The notes under the pieces are model-generated. The model was given only the letters and a program-made list of their open reading frames with translations. It did no database searches and was not told where the DNA came from. From NCBI GenBank assembly GCA_010405405.1, contig MU004235.1, positions 944,538-1,008,537 on the forward strand: a stretch of DNA of 64,000 nt, given 5' to 3'. Both the position numbers and the translations under genes were made by a program. Source of the DNA: Microthyrium microscopicum (lineage: Eukaryota). Position 1 is the first letter of the stretch; every line of letters starts with the position of its first letter. Positions 13,701 to 26,396 of the stretch are shown one piece after another.

Positions 13701-14898
13701 CCAACTACAAACTTGACATGGACGGCAAAGTCATCCAGGCTGGTCGATTCGATAACAAGTCTTCGGAAGGTGAGCGAGAAGCCATGCTTCGTCTCATGTT
13801 GGAAACTGCCGAGGCTGCGGAAACCCTTGAGCAAGATGAAATGGATGATGACGACCTCAATATGATGATGATGCGGTCTGATGACGAGCTTGTTCTTTTC
13901 CAGAAAATGGACGAGGAACGCGAAAAGAATGCCAAGTACGGACCGAACAAGAAATTTGCACGATTGTTGACTGAACCCGAACTGCCCGATATCTACCTTC
14001 AAGACGACGTCCCGGTCGAGGTTGAGCCTGAGGAGGTCACAGGCCGTGGCGCTCGTGAGAGAACTCGTGTCAAGTACGATGATGGTCTTACTGAAGAGCA
14101 ATGGCTGGAAGCAGTTGACAACAGTGATGACGATTTGGATGCGGCAATCGCCCGTAAAGATGCTAGAGCAGCTCGAAAACTGGCCAAGCAGGGCAAGGGA
14201 GAGTCACCCGAGCCATCACGAGAAAGCTCAGAAGAACCCGTGCCCAAGAAACGGGGTCGCAAGCCAAAGGCCGAAAAGCGTAAGGCTGAAGAAATTGAGG
14301 AGCCAACCCCTGATCCAGCACCACGAAAACGTGGTCGTCAATCTACCAAGGTTATGGAGACGCTCAGCGCTGACGAGCGTACACGCATCCAGAAGATTCT
14401 CAACAACACCTACGATGCTCTTATGGATTTGGAGGAAGAGTCAAACGATGATGACATTCCCAATCGCGACATTATCGGCATGTTTATGGAACTGCCGGAT
14501 CGTAACGATTATCCAGATTACTACATGATCATTCAGAACCCCATCTGTTTCAACCAAATTAAGAAGAAGATCAACAAGAAGGAGTATCAGAACCTGCGCC
14601 AATTCCGCCACGATGTCAAGACGTTGGCGGATAATTGTCGGACGTACAATGAAGATGGTAGCATTCTATACGCGGATGCGAACCTCATTGAGGATACGCT
14701 GCTCAAGAAATTGCGCGATGAGACGGAAGATTATCCTGAGTGGCAAGACTTTGAGAAGGATGACGGTGGCCCTACTCACAGCACTGCTCCTGTCTCTAGT
14801 GTAGGCACTCCAATGGCTTCAGCATCAGGTGTGTTCCCAATCTTTACGTTCTCACCGCACAAACTAATGATTTCAGGACGATGAGGAATCTGATTGAT
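10736..14898 (+). CDS. snf21: SNF2-family chromatin-remodelling ATPase, RSC/SWI-SNF catalytic subunit (Snf21/Sth1-like)
   Basis: 1328-aa ORF with QLQ-like and HSA regions, ILADEMGLGKT, DEGH, QAQDRAHRIGQ, SnAC, AT-hook-like KKRGRKPK and a bromodomain (YPDYYMIIQNPI...NCRTYN). First exon starts at ATG 10736, intron 10838-10885. The exact 3' end (14884 or 14898) depends on a terminal intron. Confidence 0.95.
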
Positions 14899-15585
14899 TC
14901 TATTGCCATTCCACTGTGTCAACAGCCTGGTCCTTTTGGACTATGAGCTGTCTTGTATATCACCACTGTTGCCTCAAGTACCAGAATACATCTATCCAAG
15001 GCTATGCTGGCTTTGAGCAAGCGGCCCCATTGCATTATTTGCGGGTTTTAATGGACTGGCGAAAGAGAGGGAAAACAACATTGCTTATGGTCGGCGTACT
15101 GAGTTCGTGTTTATGCATGCTTTACCAGATACCAAATAGTAGACTGCGTGTGCTTGGGAGCATGAAGATTGTTGGTTTGCGGGGATGCACGAAAATGCAA
15201 TGCTAGATGACGGCTTGCGTGGGTGTGTTTTAGGTGTAGTCTTATCGTAGAGGCTGAATTGATGTCTCGAGCTTTCGATCGCTAAGATTTGTCCTTAGTA
15301 TTGTGAATGACTCTGTTTTCACCAAAGTTGTGATTCCTGGACGTTTCTTGGTTCACACAGTGCTACGCTTGATATCACTTCACCCTTACTTTTTGTTAGA
15401 GGTGGTCAATATACCTTATCTCAACTTGATGCTTGATAAATGTATTGTATTTCCTATGCCATACTCGTATTCCCTCTTATCCAGACACCATCTGTAGGTA
15501 ATATCTCATCATTCGCGATGCAGGGGATATCTCGAAGCCAAAAAAAAACCACAAACGCCATTCAATACCGCATCCATCCCATCCA

Positions 15586-16212
15586 TCAAGCAACATGTTC
15601 TTCCAAAACCTCCTCCTCCGCCCCAAACATCCACGCATCCTCCCCCAACGACCTCACCTTCTCCGCCAAACTCCCCTGCAGCAACCTCCTCAACTCCTCC
15701 AGCTCAACGCCCTCTTTCTTCTCATGCCGATACAACTCCGATATCAAACTCCTCTCCAAATCTATCGCCACACCATTAGCCTAGAACTTCTTGCTCGCTC
15801 TGCACGAGAGCTTTTGCTTACCACTATCCTCCTCCATCCGCTCATCTCTCGGAAACACACCCATATTCAACACCCCCTCCATAAGCACACCACCTTGCGC
15901 ATCACGCTCCACAATCTCCTCGCCTTCTCCCCGCAAACACGCATCTTTCACCACCACCGGCGGGGCGTTCATTGGGGCGGGGGGATATTGTTGCTGTTGG
16001 CTTTGTTGGATTTGTTGGTGCGCTTGTGATGCTGCGCGCGCGTGTAGGCGGGAGGAGGAACTGGAGGAGTGGAAGAGCGTTCGGCGGACGGCGCTGAGGG
16101 AGGGGATGTTGCTGGAGAGTTTTGATGGTTGGATTTGCGGAGGGGGAGAGGCGGCGGGGCGGCGGCGAATTGGGCGGGCGAGGGGGGGTGGGTTTTGGGG
16201 ATGGGTGGACAT
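15586..16212 (-). CDS. Small hypothetical protein, possibly an APC16/Apc9-like APC/C subunit; 2 exons
   Basis: ATG at 16212 (MSTHPQNPP...VRRTLF...). An intron GTAAGC...GCTAAT...GATAG joins EEDS to DLERSLISELYRH...KVRSLGEDAWMFGAEEEVLEEHVA*. Confidence 0.65.
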
Positions 16213-16468
16213 GTTGTTTGTGGTATGGTGGTGTTGGTGGATGAATGTGTTGTATAGGTTGAGTGTTGTATGAGATTTGTTGGGTTTGGGTTGATTGTGG
16301 TAGAATAATAGGGGTTTGTTTGTGGTGAGGTTAGTAAACATTGAAACTAAAGAAGTGATGTTGTTGCTGGAGAAGCTCGGGCCACATGCCTCTTGGAAAA
16401 AGGGAGAATGGTGGATGGCTTTAACTTCAACTTTTCTTCAACTTCATACTTTTTGGAATTTATGAAAT

Positions 16469-18138
16469 ATGGGTTCCAGGAGCGAGTTTCCGGTTCAACC
16501 GATTCAGCGATTTGCTGGGAAGAGTGCGCCCATCAAAAGACCAGAGGTGATGATGCGCCCAAGTTTTCGAGCAACATCGAGATCTGGAATTGTTGACTGA
16601 CAAATGTCCAGGAAATAACATGCTTTTCCTACGACGTCAACCGAGAGTTTCGTTGGGATGAGTCTTCATTACAGTACTACTGGCCGCCTAGCTTGCCGGC
16701 AGATCTAAGTGCTGGTTTTGATACTTTCAACAAGTGGGATGATAGTACAGACGAGCATCTTGATGGTCTAGTTAAAGCTCTAATGTTGCATGAAAAGAGC
16801 ATTGGCGAAAGACTTAAGACTGATTTCGTTACCTGGAGAGGCATGATGACTAGAGTAAGCATCGAAACATCTAGATTGATACCAAACTAATTGTTGTAGT
16901 TTATGACTGCGCCGTTTGACCAATTTAACTCGTAAGCTATAACATCTGTGCTAAAAACTCAAAAGATAACCGATGAAAAACATTCAGTTTTGACATGAAT
17001 GCGACTCTTTTCCAAGTGAGTTTGATGGACGCGTAAATCAAGAACTATTCAACTAATTGATTGAAGGGCACAATGTTAGTCTAAAGGATAATGCCTGAAT
17101 GCGACTGACTATCCAGATTCATTGAAGAAGACCACCCATCTAAATTCGAGGACAAGAAAGAGCAAAGCAACAGACCGCCTAATAGAAATGGGCTCAGTCA
17201 AGATATAATGTCATTTTGGGGTAAGTTTTCTCCTGTTGACTGCGCACAACTTCTTACGGATACAGGATATAAATTCGAGTCACTTGCATTGATCCCTGAT
17301 ATATGGGATAATGTGTCTAGAGATTTTATCGAAAGCCGAGAAGAACACATTGTCGACAACATTCAACAGTACTGCTCCGTAGTCTATACTCAAATAGGCG
17401 ATGCCTCTCTCGTATTAGGCGGAGAAGTAGACGCCGGTAAGATGGATCCTTTCGAAATGCTGTAACCTGTAACTTGTCTGACATTGATTAGTCTGGGATC
17501 GCAAACCAGATGATAAGACCCTCCCAATAAATTGGGTAGAACTAAAAACTTCGGAAGAGATCCAATCGGAACGAGACCATATCAAGTTTGAGCGCAAGCT
17601 CTTGAAATTCTGGGTTCAATCATTCTTAATTGGATGTCCAAAGATCATCGTTGGCTTTCGTTCCAAATCCGGACAGCTCCAGAGATTACAGGAGATTCAA
17701 ACTCAGTCCATCCCTGGTACCGTCAAGCGAGGAAAAGCTTCTTGGAATGGAAATATGTGTGTGAACTTTGCGGCCGAAGTTCTAGAATGTAGGTTGGACC
17801 CTTTGTCCATTGTTCTGTTTATCCGGAACATATCTTTTAATGCACGACCTGGTAACGAGAGCGAAGATAAACTTCTCCACGTATTACCCGGACTACCCGG
17901 AATTTATTTTTATCCGTTCGTTAAACAAACGGCATTGACCAGCTTACTGACGTATTTCCTAGTTCTTAAAAAGTCAATTACATCTGAGGGGGTGTGGCGG
18001 ATTAGCCGCAAGAAGGGCGACCCAAACATATCTGTCTACAAGATTGAGGAAACCGGTACTGGCCAAATACTTCGGGACGACTTTATAGAGTGGAGACAAC
18101 AACTCACTGCTAAAGAGGTCGCCCAGATGCTCAAATGA
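16469..18138 (+). CDS. RAI1: RAI1/DXO-family decapping nuclease; multi-exon
   Basis: MGSRSEFPVQPIQRFAGKSAPIKRPE|EITCFSYD...DFVTWRGMMT...WGYKFE...LGGEVDA...WVELKTS...KFWVQSFLIG, which are the canonical Rai1 motifs. Includes an 8-nt microexon at 17067-17074. Confidence 0.93.
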
Positions 18139-21100
18139 TCAATCGAAACGAATCTATCCAGGAACATCTGGACAGACTTGGCCATCAGCGAATGCGAGGG
18201 CTGCGGCTCTGTGGTAGCAATTGGCTTCACACTGTGCCTGTGTCAGTCTGGCAGATGTCACTTGCAAAAGTTTGCAATAATACAACGTGATAAGTGATAT
18301 CTACGGTCCCAATCTCCTACGTATCGCAACTTCAACTCTTCTGGATGTTATGGCTATCAGACCCAGAGCATACAGATATTGATCCTACAATATGAACTAT
18401 CCAGTAATGGCAACATATACGTCGCCCCTTCAACCACTGGGAAGCTCTTCATGCCTTAGTTGGAAACACAGGTATCTTTAGGCCAAGCATGAACATATGT
18501 CCACCTACTCGATGTTTGGGCACTAAGCGCAATGCTCCTCCTGCAATGAACTTGTACGTACGCTTGGCGGAACTACCTGTTATCGTCCGAGGAGGATGCC
18601 GCTTGACCTGTCTTGGACATGCACATATGAGCTCAGTAGGTGCATGAAAAAGTCAAAGTACATCCTGCCATGGCGCTGAGATTGTTTGCACTCGACTGGC
18701 CATTGGTATTGGCTATTGCCATATTATCGCTGCATTGGATGGGACCACAGTCTGGCCCCAAGCCCGCCCATCAACCAATGACGGATATTTTCTCTCAGCA
18801 TATGCATTCAGGGCTTTAAGGACAGGGAAGAGCTAGATAATCAAATATATCTTAGTTGCCACTGCTATGTGCCTTCTAGAATACACTGTGGGGAAACGAA
18901 CGATTCTGCTTCGGAGCTATACTTGAAACTCCAGTTTCATCATAGGCATTCTGAGAAAACGGGTCCCTGGGGAGAATCCAACTATTCTGATACAACGGGA
19001 CGATCAAACCACATACAGCAAAGGTACGTGCTTCGCCAATCTGTATGTAGGGACTATACTGAGCTGGTTAAACTCATAGAGATGGGTTATGTTGAGGCTG
19101 ATAATGCCTATTCTTGTCCGATTTGACAATAGCAAGAATCACAAGCTATAGTTCTTCTTCCAATATTGTCCGCATGACCCCATATACCGCGAGGGCTAAG
19201 AGCATTATACGAGGCAATATACGGCATCATGCGTGAATGAAGTTTTTTCATAATGGGTGGCCAAAAGGACTTGTCATCAGTTGAGATAATGCAAAGACTT
19301 GCTGTATTCATTTCCGCGCCGATCTCCGTGGTCAAGACCCTATTCCCTTCTTGTCTAGATTGATCGCCAACTGCTTAGCGGACAGGGTTCTCCATATTGC
19401 TCCTCTTGGTTGAATGTGTTTCTGTTCTTCACATGTACAGCAAACGGATTATGTGCTAGCGAAAGGCCCGCGGTCTCCGCTGTGCCGAAAAAGTCACTGA
19501 TCGACCGACACACTGCCAGTCCTTGCTGGGTGACTTGCTTCATAGTAGTATATTCAGAAGGTCGCAGAGACGGAAGGACGAGTATTGATTCGGAGTGAAG
19601 TACCTACTGAATCATATTGGTTGCGATTTAGTCTATGGAGTACGCAGTGACCTGCGAGTACCCTCGAACTACTTTGCCAGTACCAACTTTTGTTCTAGCA
19701 CGGCCGATCAGCCGTTGCTAGTTGAGAAGTATCCGTTGTGTAATAATATTGGCGATTCAAGTACTAGCTTTGATGGCCAAGTCATGCATCAATGCCTACC
19801 TAGTACGCCTGTACTTTGGGCTTGAGGGTCTCGAAACCATGTCGTTAGTAGTGTTTATATTATTTATATCACATCAGGCTATAGATGGTATTCCCGAATA
19901 GGTATTTGTTTTGGGCTTGTATGTTTCTCGGCGGGTTGTCTTAGCAATTGGCGCGATGTCAATCTTCTCTCAGCAGTTGCGTAACTATTCCAAATGTTCC
20001 AAGCCACCACGAGAGCAAGTCGAGTGTGAAACTGATCCGCAGTAGAAATAATGGTTCGCCATGCAGGTACGATAATGGAAGATTTGTATCAAGTTCAACG
20101 CATGTCAACCGGATGTGAGGATCCCACTAAGGTAGCGTCGTCATGGTCGAACCTGACTTGAGGACGATGGGTTTTGTCTCATGAAGCATTCCATCTGCAG
20201 GTCCACGCGAGCACAGTGCAAAAGATACTAGCGGTAATGTCGTTTGGTAGCGTAGAGGGCATGACAGCGGATGGAAGAGGGGTACTCCATCACGAAAATC
20301 ACGAAATCCTGAATGGGTGGGTGGTGGAAGTGCTTCAGCACAATGCACCTCAGAAGCTTGCTTGAGCTTCTCAAACTCTACATCTGTCAGACCACCTGCT
20401 AGCGTGCAGACATCTTGCAGCAATGCAGATGGGAACCAAGTTGAAGCTCATACAACACATCGTAAATCGACCCATCCCACTCACCAAAAAGCTGGGGAAT
20501 GGTCCGCCCTGTGCGCTATTACTTTGAGTGGTGGTCAATGTGCTTTGATGCTTCCGTGATGGGCTTTTGTTTCTATATGCTTCCATGGTGTTGACTTTCA
20601 TTTCAGCAATCAGACAAGCCTCCATGCAAGGCGCTTCAATCAAGATCATTCAAACTCGGCATCCAGCGAATCCGTACTGCACGACTGCGAGTCCTGACCT
20701 TTCTCTCGTGCTCTCTAGAACACAAGGCTTGAAGATCACGAATGCGACCAAGGCGAAGAAGCAGGCTCGCCGTAAACGTAATAGCGCTTCCAAGATGGAC
20801 TGTGTGTGCGACTTTACAAACGACAATGTTTCTTGGGCAGTGCGCTGCATGTGCATGCTCAATTGAGTCTTGACATGAACCGAATGAAAAGTCTAGCAGA
20901 AGCCCACAGCGCTTGCAAATGGGAAGACTGCGGGATGACTGTGAAAGCAGTAAAATTGTATCACTGACAACCTAGTCATATCACTTGAATCACTTGGATG
21001 ACAGTCATCGAAATGAGGCACGAGGTTATCCAGCTTTCCACAACAGGGTCAGCGAATCGCTGAGCCAAGGTGATGATTGTGCTGCCGGAATGTAGGAGTG

Positions 21101-24100
21101 ATGGGACCTGTCAAAAGCTGGCAAGGGCGCGTCGATTCATGATTTGCTGGATGTAGGAATCGGCGCTTGTTTCGCATCCTGCACAGCGCAGCACTAGCTT
21201 GCCAAGCATGCCAGCGGCGCTTGTTACAGCCTTTTCCTTTCCCTTTAGCGGCTGGCCTCTTAGCCTTCTCGCTCTTTCTTTTCTGCCGGCCCGCGCTGAC
21301 CAAATAAGCAATTGCCAATTGATCCACTACCTGCGCAAGTAACCTAGGAGCAAGAATATGTCTGGCATCAGGCGCAGTTTTGCGCGGCCAATCTATCACG
21401 CTGTCTAAGACAAGTCTTTCGGTCTTTGCCAGGAAGTGCAAGGGTTCAGAACAGCGCAAGACCGTGTTAAGATTTGTCTCTTCTTCCATGGGCCATGTCT
21501 TTCGCAAGGACAGGGAAATGGGAAAAGCATACGAACACGCCATGGCAATCCGGGCTCCACCGAAGCCACTACACGTTCCGCTGGTCAAGGCTCATCCGTT
21601 TCCCTTGCAAACTAGCCCCCTTGTATCGCCAGGTTTATTTTTCTACTCTTGCCCCCCAGCCCCCATGTTGAAGCATATCCCATCGCCCATGCTCCACGGC
21701 TTGTCGGCCCACGAAAGGAATACCAGTGACCGCTTCAGGGAATCACGCTCAGTACCGAGCCAGCAGCTTGACGACATACTGGGCTAGATATCTGAAGAGC
21801 ACCAGCATACAAGAGCCTCATGACCAAATCTGAACGAACGCGAGAAGAATAGGTAATAGCAACGTATGTACCAGCCTCTTTCGTACAACTCTAGTTCTTT
21901 TTTGCCATCTGACTACCCTCGTCCCTAGGTGACGTAGTATTCTAGCACTGACAGGCAAAAAAAAGATGAAGTATCCCGATATGAGGGCATGTTCTGCTAT
22001 TTGCGGCAAACCCTGCAGTGGTCGTTTAGATTGGATATGCCTCTCGCCATCATCATTGCCAGCTCTGATTCGGATGCGCCATCGTCTATGCCTCTTGGGG
22101 CAGAGAGGAATATCGGAAATTGGTCGCGCAGAGTTCCCCGCCGAACATGTATCGCGTCTTTAGATATGCTTGCCATATATGTTATAATCGACTGTTTTTT
22201 CCTCCCATGTATCAATTTGAGAAAATCCTGGTCGGCATGTTCGTTGCTGGATATCATGATCCTCGAAATCCCATCTTTCCTCTTTAATTTACGTTGAAAA
22301 ACTTCAGACATCAATCGAAAATTGGTCCATTGATCAATAGTGAAGTTGGCGCGTGAAAATGAGATTGTAGATGTGGCGTGTGGATCCGCCAACAATGGTT
22401 CTCAATCACAGTCGTGGCGTCAAATTCGCCTACTTTAGGACCTCTCGTTCAAAGGGGGCCTTGCAGTCTCCGGACGCCCATAAACAGTATTCTATTTTCG
22501 GCAAGCGGAGCGTAGAATAAGAAAAAGGGATATCAGGAACAACAGCCCAATTGCGACCAGAGGCGAGACGAAACAAAACAATCACACAATCACATTCGCC
22601 ATATTCTCGATTGTTCAACGCCTTTAGAATCGGGTCCGTCGATCGTAGTCATAAGAAACGTTTTGTTATAATGTGCATTGAAGCTTAAATGGGGTAATAA
22701 GCAGCATATGATAATAAAGCTAACAGTTATCTTATGACATGACCTCTGATAGTGCCACCTTGTCAACATTGTCATGCTAACTTGCCACTTATTAAAGATA
22801 ATCTTAACATTCAAAGTATATGCTACCTATGCATGAATTACTACATTGATCATTTCCCAGTGAAATGGCTGGTGGAGGCATGACATGAATGTTCTAGGTA
22901 CTTTATCTCTTGCTTTTCAAGTCCAAATGATCGAATCGTCTACAAGTGGCAGGCAAATTGTGAAAAATAAGAGGCTGTAGCTATACTTTAGTGCATAACA
23001 CAGTGTTAACTAGTTTCTCCATGACTCTAAGATTTATTGATGCAAGCTCATTGAACAACCACTAGTTTGCTACTTGACCGCACATGAACTATTGTAACGA
23101 CAAGCCATCATGCAGGCCATAATTTTCTTACGCAACTTCGCTGAAACTAGTTGCTAAAGCAGTTGTCATGAAGCGCAATCAAGAAATGAAGCATCACGAG
23201 AGCAAAATCATCTTAGAACATATTCCATGACTGGCTCGCAACTCCATTTCATTAGACTTTTTGTCTTTGTCAAGCACATCTGCTAGTCCAGCTTAAAGAG
23301 AACTTGCCGAAAAAAGGGGATTATTGTAGCGAAACGAGAGTTATGTTTCAAGCGATCAAGACATTTCGTACCGTTGCTTTTCCATCGCATACGGTACCGC
23401 CTAGCCGGACCTGGGTTTCGGACTGCAGTGTAAATGTGATTTGACAAGGTCTTGAACTATCAACAAGGCTTCACAAGGCCATGCCAATCCGCTTTTTACG
23501 CTCGCCTAGGATTGTTTGTGTACAGGCTCTATTTTTGCGCTCCAGCCGAAGCACTTTGATCCAATGATGGAAAATTGTACGGTCTGCTGTGCTCACGGTC
23601 TTGCATAATACATGTTCGCCATGCATTCTGGTGTTGGTTGAAATAAACATTCAACGATCAATGATCGGCGGTATCGAGATTCCAAAAGCTTTGCAGAATA
23701 ATCAATTCTATTTGGATTAACGTCACATAAGAACGAATATTTTGGCAACTTTGACGAGTTACCTTGATGCTTCATTATTTATTTATTTCTTTTGCAAAAG
23801 TCTGGGACCTACCATGCAGCCGCCGATTTACCCACGCTGGGGAAACAGTGCCAGCGATACGCACGTCCAAGGACTTTTTCGGAAGGCTAAGCAGGCTAGG
23901 TTTGGTTCGCCTTTGTTGATTTAAACGGGCTGCGCGTGGCCAACCATGTGGTGTTGAGCGGAGAGCTCCCCAGCAAATGAGTGGCGAGAGACTGGCTACC
24001 GTTGAGAAACCACTCAACGGCTGGGCGCGGGATTCGCTAGAATTATATGACCCAGGTTCTTTTTTTCTGCTGTGCTATCGAGGGGGAGGCTTATACAAAA

Positions 24101-25907
24101 TAATATGGAGCAGTTTTAATACATGATACATATCTGAAAATTGAAATGGGCATCGCTACTCTTTTCTCGCCGTGCTCCGTGACGTCTGTGATAATACGAG
24201 AAGTTCGTGCACCGATACTAGGCGCCCGGCAGCTGGATGCACCGATACCTGGAAATCGGGGCAGTTAAGCTTTCAAGAGGGCAATTTGAAGGATTTACAG
24301 TCCATATTGCATTTCTCTACATTGCCGTCGCTGAGCCGAGCAATGCTTGGTGGGGGAGATCAATCAAGTTGGGCAATGGGTGCATTGCTGGACCGGGGCA
24401 TCATGGCATATCATAGTCCATTAAGCGACTGATGGACAGTCCTACATACGGGAGCCATACTCCGCCTCATGAGGACGTGGCCCATTGCAGCGAAGCAGAG
24501 GTAATACAAGGACAATTATGAGTCTTACTTAGCATGCATGATAGATGGAAAGCTGGGCGCTGGAAATGTCATTGGAGCGATGGGTGGGAGACAGCACATA
24601 GCACTAATGTGGATATGACTGGTGCCGCACCGCAACTTCTGAACTTGGAGGTTGGGTTGTGAGTGGTTTGGCTGAGCTTCCAGAAGACTGGATGTCTGCA
24701 TGGCACAGCATGGCTAGACAGGCTTCATGGATGGAAAGAGGTGGTGCGGCGAAGCCAGTAAAATGAGGTTTACGTGAAAATGCAGCGATGCTTGACGATG
24801 CCTGCTCAAGGAGAGGTTGTGATGTGGAAAGCGGAGAGGCTCTGGGCAAGGCTCATGGCAAGGCTCTAACAAGTTTGAGAGGATGATGGGGGAACTGGGG
24901 AGTGGGTGAGACGGCGAAAAGCTGAAACAGCAACTTGAGACGCTGTGGTTGGAACCCCTGTCCCTGTCAGTTCTTTTTAGTTCGGCCAGGGTCAGACCAG
25001 TTGCCAGGTGTAGCAGGGATGGCATTGGCTCTTGCTCAACTGCACAGTTCATCCCTGCCTTTGCCAGTTGAGACCTTGAGAGCTCTTGCAAGTATTCTTT
25101 GGTGTTGTGCTTTTGCAGCAACATTGAAGTCAAAGCAAGAGCAAGAGCAGTCCAGGCTTGAGCTCCATGGCTTCATAGCAGTCCGAGCCATCCATAATCC
25201 ATAATTCCATACTCGCTATTTTCTAGCAATGTAGCCCCCCCCATTTCCCTGGATAATCGATTGCCACCCCTTCGCTAGTCGCCCCCTCCCTTCTGTTTTC
25301 TATCAAATCAATAGCTGAGCCGACAGGCTTTCTGGCTGCCAGCCTGCGCTTCCTGGTCTTGCCCATCAAGGATTAGCTGTGAACGTAGAGGGTTAGTAAA
25401 GGGTGCTTGAGCCAGTCCTTGTCCATTGTCCTCCGCCAAGGTGGATACGCTAGACCGCTTCTGTGCCAACATTGGTCTCTGAGTGTCTCTCGCTTTCGCT
25501 GACTACGCAGCCTTCGCATCTCCTTTCCGCCCGCCCTTGGGCCCTTGGGGATAGTGATTGAGTGCTGCGCTTAGCTGCTTGCTCAGTGCTGAGGTTGACC
25601 CGCTACGAATTGGGGGAAATCATCGCAGAACTGCTGCTGTGAGCCGTTCAGGTTGGTTTTTGCTTGCTCTTGCCCGCCAAAATACCCACCCACGGCTCCC
25701 ACTGCCGCTGCTGCTTGCTCCACTGCTTCTTTCTCGCGCTGCTGTGCTGTGTGTATCTCGCTCACCTGTTCGTTCGTCCCAAAGAGCTTGACGCCCCCAT
25801 TCATTCTCTCCCTATTCAATACCTCCCGTTTTCCCACTCTTTTCTACCTTGCACTCTCCTCCCTTTTCACTCCTCCAACATCTACTTCTCGTGTCCCATC
25901 TCTTGCT

Positions 25908-25934
25908 CTTCGTCTTCGTCTTCGTCTTCTTCGT
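25908..25934 (+). repeat. (CTTCGT)n microsatellite in the STE12 leader
   Basis: cttcgtcttcgtcttcgtcttcttcgt read directly from the sequence. Confidence 0.7.
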
Positions 25935-26396
25935 TTCTACCTCTCATCCGCACGCTACCAATCCCCTCCCACCCCAGGAATTTGGTTGCATCGCCGGCTG
26001 CTGGCCTAGCCCACTTCACCTGCAGGAACCGTGTTTCGCCTGCGACCTGCACAAGTCCGCGACTCGATCTTGCAGTTGCAGACCATCATTGCTTACCCCC
26101 CTTCCACCCAACCCTTCTCCAGGCTTTACAGATACGGACTGGTTCCTGTCTCTGGTCCTGGCTTAAAACTACTCCTCACGGCCCATCAAAGATACATCAT
26201 TCTTTCTGCGCTTCAACTTTCCTCCTCTCTGACCCATTGTCCTTCATCTTCTCTTGCAACCCTCAAACCCATTTCACTCTTGCCTTGACTGCACTGCTTG
26301 CACTGCCTGTCAAACTATACTCGCCCTATACGTTCTCCGACATCTTTGACCTCTTGACGTGCCGGCGTCGTTTGGTGAACCTGTTTGGTCTATATC

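Noticed and set aside
23344..24929. Two TGAAACA pheromone-response elements upstream of STE12 (23344 minus, 24923 plus)
   Set aside because: About one such 7-mer is expected by chance in 8 kb on two strands, and these two are not clustered.
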